A DNA stretch of 56,491 nt from Octopus bimaculoides (lineage: Eukaryota): contig NC_068992.1 in the NCBI RefSeq assembly GCF_001194135.2, positions 10,113,329 to 10,169,819 of the forward strand, in the 5' to 3' direction. Both the position numbers and the translations under genes were made by a program. Shown piece by piece: positions 47,861 through 56,491 of this stretch (position 1 is its first letter; each line of letters opens with the position of its first letter). The notes under the pieces were generated by a model. That model made no database searches, was not told where the DNA came from, and saw only the letters and a list, made by a program, of their open reading frames with translations.

Positions 47861-50166
47861 CGTTGAACCTTACCAAGAGGAAAGAGAGTTTAAAATTTTT
47901 TATTACCGAAAATTGCACATTAAACATAATTCTAAGGGTCGATAAAATTGATTTCGTAGTCGAAATGAGTCTGCTTAATTGTTTTCAAGGAAAACGGATA
48001 CAAGCGATTGCTTTTAGCGAGTATAATGATGCTTCAACACGCGAACGGATTACAAAACGAAGTAACAAAAGTAGGTAACGTTATTAGACGGTCGACATTA
48101 TGGACCATGTATTCAAAACTGTTGTTGTGTTCTTGTATTGTTTATAAACAGCAAATTATTATTTGCACATTGTGTTTATTTGACTTAATGTATTTGGAAC
48201 AGTTTTGAAAGATGTACTTTTGACAGTTATTTATAGGTGAGATATAAATGTCTTCATCTGTTCAGCATAATACTATTATTACTAGTTTTATATTCCCGTG
48301 TGAATATCGAAATAACCACATGGCCGAGCCCACTTTTTGTTCCTATAAGGAAATACAATAATGACACAATATATGACATATGGAGAGAGTGTTCAAAACT
48401 AATGAGCTGAAATTCACTACAGATGCTTCATAATTCAATAATATCCCAGTTTCATTAGACGATTTAGAAAAAAATCCATTCCAAATCCCTAGACTAAGTT
48501 GGTGGTAGGTACATTGTAATAAATGTTTTAATACACAAATAACATCTTTCATTTCCAGGTAATGGTTGGCCATAAGCTTTTCTGTGAAAAGCATCTCTTC
48601 TCCCTGATATATAACCAAGAGGGGGGAAATGGCATTATACCCGGTTAATCTCCGCTAGTGATAAAAAAAAAAAACAGTGCCAGAACAGGTGCTGGTGTCG
48701 AGGTTAGCTTGTTAAAAATATATATCTTGGGGTTAGGGCTAGGGTGTCCCTGAAATGTGACTGTTCTGTTAGAACAAACTACACTGCGGTAGACATCTCG
48801 AGAGAAACGCTGATATTGGCTTTTGGCAAAACGCACGCTTGTTTATATTGTGGCATCTACCGTAATATAGACAATATCGGGTTTCAAGCCATGGTGAGGA
48901 AAAAAGAACACACACACACGTGCGCGTGCGTGCACAAACACGTTGCCGTCTACCAAATCCACCCTCAAGGATTTCGTTGACCCGAAGGGCAAAAATCAAT
49001 CCCGCCGGAATTTCAGCTCAGGACGTAAAGCTGAGAGAAACGCTGCTAAGTAATTTTGTCAAGTGCGGTAACAATCCTGCCAGCACTCTACCCTGTCCTC
49101 TCTATACAGTTGTTTCATTTTATTTACTTTCGTTTTAATTATTTTTCTAAGAAACGCACAAGCACGTGGACGCACTCAGTAACAACCACGTTCTAGTTGT
49201 CTCAGAATAATTTCAATGAAATGGAAACAATTTAATTTCTAAGAAATGTGCCCCCTCCTCCACTTCCACAAGCACGCACATATACACACTCACGCGCGCG
49301 CATTCATTCACTGCTTTAAAAAAACAAAAGACGTTTCGCTTCTCTGTCCTACTTTCTCTTTCGCCACGCGTAATCATTTATTTACGCTCTTCAAACGCTA
49401 TTTCAGTTTCAAACATCTCTCTCTCCCTCTATCTGCTGCTGCTGCTGATAGAAAATCGAAACAGATATACAATGGAGGTTTATTTAAACTATGTACTTCA
49501 GTGCTGTGCCATGCCTGACTCAGATTCCGCTGCACGACGGGAGTTGATTGACGTCTCCCCAAATCTTCATTTTTTTTACATTAAATAAGAATAGTNNNNN
49601 NNNNNNNNNNNNNNNNNNNNNNNNNNNNNNNNNNNNNNNNNNNNNNNNNNNNNNNNNNNNNNNNNNNNNNNNNNNNNNNNNNNNNNNNNNNNNNNNNNNN
49701 NNNNNNNNNNNNNNNNNNNNNNNNNNNNNNNNNNNNNNNNNNNNNNNNNNNNNNNNNNNNNNNNNNNNNNNNNNNNNNNNNNNNNNNNNNNNNNNNNNNN
49801 NNNNNNNNNNNNNNNNNNNNNNNNNNNNNNNNNNNNNNNNNNNNNNNNNNNNNNNNNNNNNNNNNNNNNNNNNNNNNNNNNNNNNNNNNNNNNNNNNNNN
49901 NNNNNNNNNNNNNNNNNNNNNNNNNNNNNNNNNNNNNNNNNNNNNNNNNNNNNNNNNNNNNNNNNNNNNNNNNNNNNNNNNNNNNNNNNNNNNNNNNNNN
50001 NNNNNNNNNNNNNNNNNNNNNNNNNNNNNNNNNNNNNNNNNNNNNNNNNNNNNNNNNNNNNNNNNNNNNNNNNNNNNNNGAGTATTTCCCAATAGTTTAA
50101 TTTAATTTTGCTAAATCCTTTAAAATGAGATGTCAGCGTTATTTTCACTTTTGCGTAATTTAGACA

Positions 50167-50229
<63 letters not shown>

Positions 50230-50230
<1 letters not shown>

Positions 50231-50620
50231 CAGGATTCCGAGTGAGAAAAGCGCTCACCAGGAGAATAAAAAGAATAAACCGAAAAATCAGTACTCAAAA
50301 ATGCCACCATCAACATCAACTCCAATCGAGAACATTGGGATCAAAGAAGCAACAACTGCAGGACTGTATGAGAACCCCCATAAACGACCAAAGAGGTGCA
50401 TGAAGAATAATCCCAAGGTCTTTTACTCCTTTACAAAAACACATAGGACCATAGTTTCCTCTATCGGTACACTGGTTGACGGAAACGGCATCCTTCAGAT
50501 TGATGCCAAAGACATGACTGAGATCTTGTAGAGTCAATACTACTCTGTTTTCAGTGACCCTGATTCGGTTGACTCAAGCAGCATTGCTTCGTTGAGTCCT
50601 CAACATGTCCTTTCCAACAT
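50230..50620 (+). mobile_element. CR1-type LINE ORF2 fragment (between EN and RT)
   Basis: MKNNPKVFYSFTK......IGTLVDGNG......DMTEIL*SQYYSVFSDP matches the CR1 pattern K.NPK.FY.Y.....IGPL....G......AE.LN.QF.SVF. Confidence 0.8.
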
Positions 50621-50622
50621 AA

Positions 50623-50922
50623 CTTTAGTGTTTAACGTATTCGACTCACGATCGTAAGGTCACGAGTTCGTTTTGCCCTTGATTAAGACAATTTAATTTA
50701 GGTGGCTTCAGTCCAATCACTTGGTAAAAAATGAGTTGTACCAGTAATTCAATGGGACAGCGTTGACCCACTTTGTATCACGCTGAATCTCCCCGAGGAC
50801 TGCTTTAACGGTACGCTATTCTGTGCAGTGCTCATCCACATGTACGTTAATTTCACGAGTTGGCTGTTCCGTTGATCGGATAAACCGAAACACTCATCGT
50901 TGTAAGCGACGGAGTGGCAGCT
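50623..50922 (+). mobile_element. SINE family D, near full length
   Basis: CGACTCACGATCGTAAGGTCACGAGTTCG head; 3' GTTAATTTCACGAG..GGCTGTTCCGTTGATCGGAT...GTAAGCGACGGAGTG. Confidence 0.85.
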
Positions 50923-52463
50923 TATATATATATATANNNNNNNNNNNNNNNNNNNNNNNNNNNNNNNNNNNNNNNNNNNNNNNNNNNNNNNNNNNNNNNN
51001 NNNNNNNNNNNNNNNNNNNNNNNNNNNNNNNNNNNNNNNNNNNNNNNNNNNNNNNNNNNNNNNNNNNNNNNNNNNNNNNNNNNNNNNNNNNNNNNNNNNN
51101 NNNNNNNNNNNNNNNNNNNNNNNNNNNNNNNNNNNNNNNNNNNNNNNNNNNNNNNNNNNNNNNNNNNNNNNNNNNNNNNNNNNNNNNNNNNNNNNNNNNN
51201 NNNNNNNNNNNNNNNNNNNNNNNNNNNNNNNNNNNNNNNNNNNNNNNNNNNNNNNNNNNNNNNNNNNNNNNNNNNNNNNNNNNNNNNNNNNNNNNNNNNN
51301 NNNNNNNNNNNNNNNNNNNNNNNNNNNNNNNNNNNNNNNNNNNNNNNNNNNNNNNNNNNNNNNNNNNNNNNNNNNNNNNNNNNNNNNNNNNNNNNNNNNN
51401 NNNNNNNNNNNNNNNNNNNNNNNNNNNNNNNNNNNNNNNNNNNNNNNNNNNNNNNNNNNNNNNNNNNNNNNNNNNNNNNNNNNNNNNNNNNNNNNNNNNN
51501 NNNNNNNNNNNNNNNNNNNNNNNNNNNNNNNNNNNNNNNNNNNNNNNNNNNNNNNNNNNNNNNNNNNNNNNNNNNNNNNNNNNNNNNNNNNNNNNNNNNN
51601 NNNNNNNNNNNNNNNNNNNNNNNNNNNNNNNNNNNNNNNNNNNNNNNNNNNNNNNNNNNNNNNNNNNNNNNNNNNNNNNNNNNNNNNNNNNNNNNNNNNN
51701 NNNNNNNNNNNNNNNNNNNNNNNNNNNNNNNNNNNNNNNNNNNNNNNNNNNNNNNNNNNNNNNNNNNNNNNNNNNNNNNNNNNNNNNNNNNNNNNNNNNN
51801 NNNNNNNNNNNNNNNNNNNNNNNNNNNNNNNNNNATATATATATATATATATATATAAGATCTTTGTGATAAAACTGAGCCGAGGTTAAACTAAACCTTG
51901 GCCTAAGTTGAATAGCTGTAATCTAAGCTGATGTCTCAATTGCAATGAAGGAATCTCGTTTTGGTGTTGGAGACTCGCTGTCACTGCACTGGGGAGAAAT
52001 TTGAAAAGATGCTCTACAAATACGAAACTAAGTCTACTCCGTTAGGAAAGCTAGGCAGTTTTAGTCGAACGGAAACTTTATGGGGAAGTGTTTCTGTTTA
52101 TCGGCAGAAAGCCACGCAGTTGCATGGTTAGAATTCTCCACCGTGACTGTAACATATCCAGGAGCATGTCGACCTCGAGCCAGTCACCGTTATGTTCAAA
52201 TTTGTTGCTGGAAAATTTGTGAAACAGAAAATAGCAACAAAATACCCAGTTTGCGAAACAAATAAATATATAAAATAAGTAAATCGATAAAATGAGAGAG
52301 CAAATCCGTAAATAAAATATAGAGAAGCAAACAGGTTTGCACTTAGTTATTGTAATCAATCGATGACGATGTGAACTGATGCTGACGATATAATATACAT
52401 CATTAGCAGCGGTCCTAAAATGTTAAGCAAAGTCCAAACTCTCTGTAAGAACATGAAGTAGTA

Positions 52464-52722
52464 CAGTGGTTCCGGAATTTTCACTAACAAAACCCACTTT
52501 TATTCTTATGAATTTTCTCACGAACCCCAAGATATGAAAAGTGTTTCCTTCACAATAATCGGAATTTATTAACGACAACGAACTGGTTTTCTCCAGTTTC
52601 ATCCTTCATCTGAAAGATGTATGTAACTAAATAATTATACTTAATTCAGTAGTTTTTCATTTTACACTGCAGTCTTTTAATATTTTGAAAACAGCTCACG
52701 GATCCAATATTGGGAACTACTG
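52464..52722. mobile_element. hAT (Charlie-like) MITE, 259 bp
   Basis: Inverted ends CAGTGGTTCC / GGAACTACTG; 8-bp flanks AAGTAGTA / ATGTAGCA (6/8 identical, central TA). Confidence 0.75.
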
Positions 52723-52779
52723 ATGTAGCAGATAAAAGATCACTATATGGTGCAAGTAAGTAAAGGAGCCTGGCACGAA

Positions 52780-52975
52780 GTAGTCTCACTTGACAAAAAT
52801 GACATCCAAATCTTCCTCAAATTATATCACGACGTCTTTAAAAACGGAAACAGAAAATGTATTAAAGATAATTCCTAGATGTACAAAGAGCCTGAAATGC
52901 TGAGTAGAAGGCATTTGGTTATAGATCTGATGAGTGGGAGAGAACCCGGAGAGAAACAAGCCACAACAGCAAGAA
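52780..52975 (+). mobile_element. Family C repeat
   Basis: AAATCTTCCTCAAATTATATC...GTCTTTAAAAA; ends in a decayed (CAA)n. Confidence 0.6.
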
Positions 52976-53884
52976 TACAATGCAATTCAAAGGAAAAATA
53001 ACCGGGTTTCAATAAGAAACCCGACACCCGACTAGAGTTGTTATTAATTCAAAGGGAAAGATAGTCCCCGTAGGGAAAGTCACAGAAACCTGAAATGCAA
53101 GTATATTAAAAATATTTAAAGAAAAATAATTATAGAAATAGAAAACGCTTTTGACAAATCAGCAAAATGCAAATACCAGAGACCGGCTATAGTTATCTGG
53201 GACAAAATAATGGAAATCTTGCATCTTTTTGAAAGTTAGTTGTTTAGTAAACATTAGCATCATTTCAGAAATAATTGAAGAGGAAAACTCCAATAAGGAA
53301 GCAAGTCAGTATTGAGTTATGGCTCGGTCTCGAAGGGCCTGCGCTGCTAGAATGGTTCTGACGGAATGAATGAGGAATCTGGAGTTTCTTCCTCATGATT
53401 TACAACTTCAGTTGATATATGTGGTTTTAGTGCACTTGGAAAGAGTAAGTTGATTATGAAATTAAACAGCTCGGTAATGAGGAGAGTCGATTAATTGTGA
53501 AATAACAAATACATTCAGCTTAATGAAATGTAAAGAAATATGTAAGACACTCCCAANNNNNNNNNNNNNNNNNNNNNNNNNNNNNNNNNNNNNNNNNNNN
53601 NNNNNNNNNNNNNNNNNNNNNNNNNNNNNNNNNNNNNNNNNNNNNNNNNNNNNNNNNNNNNNNNNNNNNNNNNNNNNNNNNNNNNNNNNNNNNNNNNNNN
53701 NNNNNNNNNNNNNNNNNNNNNNNNNNNNNNNNNNNNNNNNNNNNNNNNNNNNNNNNNNNNNNNNNNNNNNNNNNNNNNNNNNNNNNNNNNNNNNNNNNNN
53801 NNNNNNNNNNNNNNNNNNNNNNNNNNNNNNNNNNNNNNNNNNNNNNNNNNNNNNNNNNNNNNNNNNNNNNTATATATATATATA

Positions 53885-54090
53885 TATCTGTGGCTGTCCT
53901 CCCCCATCCACGACTGACAACCCGTGGTGGTTTGTTTACTTCCTCGTAAGCTAGAGGTTCAACAAAAGCAACGGATAGAATAAGTGTCAAACTTAAAAAT
54001 AATTACTGGAATCGAACTGCTCGGTCAAAATCCTTCGAGGTGGTGCCTCAGCATGGCCGCAGTCCAATGATTGAAAGAAATAAAAAGGTA
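53885..54090 (+). mobile_element. SINE family B 3' half
   Basis: GGTGGTGCCTCAGCATGGCCGCAGTCCAATGATTGAAA matches the reverse complement of 23760-23800. Confidence 0.8.
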
Positions 54091-54360
54091 ATCGAGACAA
54101 ACGCATTTTTGTGTGTGATTGTAGAAATTTATATCAAAAGATACGTGCACAAGTTTTCCCTGAAATATATGTATGTATATATATCTGTGAGTAGTGGGAA
54201 ACATACACACACACAACACACACACACGCACACACAGTCACACACATGCACGCACATTCACACACACATACATAATTGCATACAAACTACATACATGAGA
54301 TAGCAACTAAATACCTGATAAAAAAAAAGAGAGATAAAGATATCACTAAACTTCCACTTT

Positions 54361-54970
54361 GTGATAGAAAACGTCGGCTCTACTATATCAGTTTTGGAAG
54401 ATGTCAGCCGCATCATTAGTTGCTGCCTCAAAGCGTCTACCAAATACTATCTGTCCCGGAGACACGATATAGTCGCAAAGGTTATTTACAATGCTATCTG
54501 CAGGAAGGGCTGTTCTGACTTATACTTTACAGGCATATCAGAATCAACAGGTATTCACACCTTTAAAAACAAGGAATACCTGTGGAACACTCCAATAACA
54601 AAACCAACTTGGTGCAAATATAACAGACCTGATATTGTTCTGTTGGACAAAGGAGAGAGGGCATGCGCTGTTGTAGAGATCAGCTGTCCAGTGGATGTTA
54701 ATGTGCAAGCAAAAGTCCAGGATAAAGAGAACATTTGTGGTGAATTTATGCGCAACTTACAACTCTTGTACCCAGACTACAAACTCTCGTTTATACATAT
54801 CACCATAGGTGCATCAGCCTATATATCTATATATTTATACAAAAACATAGGAATGCTAGGTTCTTCGAAAAAAAAAAAAAAAAAGTGCAAAAGAAACTGA
54901 CGTACGTTCTCAAAATCCAATCTAATAGCGGACAACCGGAGATTTGTAAGACATTCTAAAGATTTCCCGT
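54361..54970 (+). mobile_element. R4/Dong retrotransposon, 5'-truncated; restriction-like endonuclease (RLE) domain, open for 179 codons
   Basis: EDVSRIISCC (knuckle end), RRHDIVAK (RHD), YNRPDIVLLDK (PD..D), VVEISCP (E), AKVQDKEN (K), RNLQLLYPDYK; frame lost at the A run ~54867-54885. Confidence 0.92.
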
Positions 54971-55710
54971 TTGAGCTTCTTTAGATAAAGAGATACACAC
55001 GCTTGGGTGTGAGCATTGACAGTTCGACCACCACACCAACTCAACTATATATTTACAAATATGGGGAACTCTCTTAACTCAAAATAACCTATCTCTTTGT
55101 TAGCGACCGGCTTAAACCTTCTTATGAGGAATTTAAATAAAACTAAAAAAAAAACAAAACCGTATATTCATACATCCATTCATACAGACATGCGTACACT
55201 TAATAATACATTCATTATACATAATTACATAAATATATACAGACGTACATACATGTACACCCATCCATCCATCCATCCATCCATCGATATATAGATACAT
55301 GCATGCAACATACATACATACATACAGACAGACAGACAGGACAGCAAATGAATATTTATTGACAACAGTTCTGGACTTATATCTTCTCCACGACACGGGT
55401 TTTAAATCTATATTTGTAGATATAATTATCGTTACACGTGATTTTGTTATAAAGTGTTCAAACACTAAATCGCGCACGCGCACACAAACAAAGAAGAATG
55501 AAGAGAAAAAAGAAAGGAAGATGAAAAGAAAATAGAGGCAAAACGACAGCCACAAAAGAACAAAGAAAAGAAATGACCAACTAATTCGTGCATTGGCAGA
55601 TTACAAATAAAATTTGTGAAAACGGAATAGTTAAAGTGCGTAACGCTTATTTAAAGTTTATCATGTAATACTTTGCCATTATTGTTATATGGATTCCTGA
55701 AAGAGAGTGA

Positions 55711-55749
<39 letters not shown>

Positions 55750-55773
55750 TTGTTTCTTTTATTAGAAATCAGT

Positions 55774-55965
55774 TACCGTATTTTGATGGCGTACATATAA
55801 GACGCACTTTTTTCCGAAGAAAAAAAAAAGCGGTAAACTAATGACCCCAAGTCCTATCTATATCCGAAGCTAGGCCTAAATTATATGCTTTAATGCAAAA
55901 CTCATTTATTTTTTTTCATCTGCAGAAATTGTGGTGCGTCTCATATGCTCGTGCGTCTTAATATT
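55774..55965. mobile_element. Terminal fragment of a Tc2/pogo-like DNA transposon
   Basis: TA|CCGTATTTT...CATATAAGACGCAC (55794-55807), with inverted copies GTGCGTCTCATATG (55934-55947) and GTGCGTCTTA (55951). Confidence 0.5.
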
Positions 55966-56491
55966 TTGGGGGTAAGAATTCAAATAATTAGAAAAGTAAT
56001 ACCCCCACCCACTCACACACATTAGCAACAGTGTCCGGCGTTGCCCGGGTTTAGAGAGGCCATCAGGGTGAAAAATCTTTAGTTGTCTCTTTGAAAAGCT
56101 GTGTTCCCATGCAAAATTGGAGATACCTAGACACAAATTATGTGACCTACAATGGGGTGCAAGCATGCACGCGCGCGCGCGCACACACACATGATGTATG
56201 TATATAGTTTTGGTATAATCTATGTGTGGTACGTAATCATGAGATTACGCAGAATTAAAGTTAGGTATTTGTCTGTTAAAAGTTTTGCTTACGCAAATAG
56301 ATAGACATACAAACTCATATACACACACACACACACATAATGGATGTGTACATACAGACACGCACACATACGTAAATCGATTCCCTCTTTAGTAGAAGAA
56401 TTATAATAATTAAAAAATAGAAGAGACATACATATATGTACATATATGAGCATACATACATCTATATAATACATACATGTGTGTATATATA

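Noticed and set aside
52927-52958. CTGATGAG...GAAAC hammerhead-like motif
   Set aside because: Extra GAGA before GAAAC, no helix I/III, and it aligns with the ordinary 3' end of family C.

Overview
Eukaryotic, AT-rich, repeat-saturated, essentially non-coding DNA from a gapped draft assembly. It has 14 N-gaps totalling about 5.6 kb, most flanked by (TA)n/(CA)n/(CT)n tracts. The repeat complement is dense microsatellites, several tRNA-derived SINE families, and R4/Dong, CR1, RTE and Penelope-like relics; from this I infer an octopod cephalopod (Octopus-like) genome, without a database check. I found no intact host protein-coding gene, rRNA/tRNA gene or CRISPR array. Nearly all ORF-track entries are artefacts of microsatellites or N-gaps. 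The real coding signal is transposable-element relics: R4/Dong RT and restriction-like endonuclease (6 fragments), CR1-type RT (3), RTE (3), Tc1 and Tigger/pogo transposases. There is also a hAT MITE and a probable Tx1/L1 3' end. I did not find a convincing new multi-component system. The best leads are a 68-nt pre-miRNA-like hairpin (5652-5719), hammerhead-like relics (34959-34994, 11951-11985), retroposons nested in (TAA)n and (TACA)n tracts, a SINE/LINE shared 3' tail, a possible decayed C2H2 zinc-finger array (17837-18075) and a 23-bp minisatellite. Family letters A-E are my working labels. Element boundaries are approximate (about +/-20-30 nt) unless a TSD is given. Protein similarities are from recalled family motifs, not from searches.
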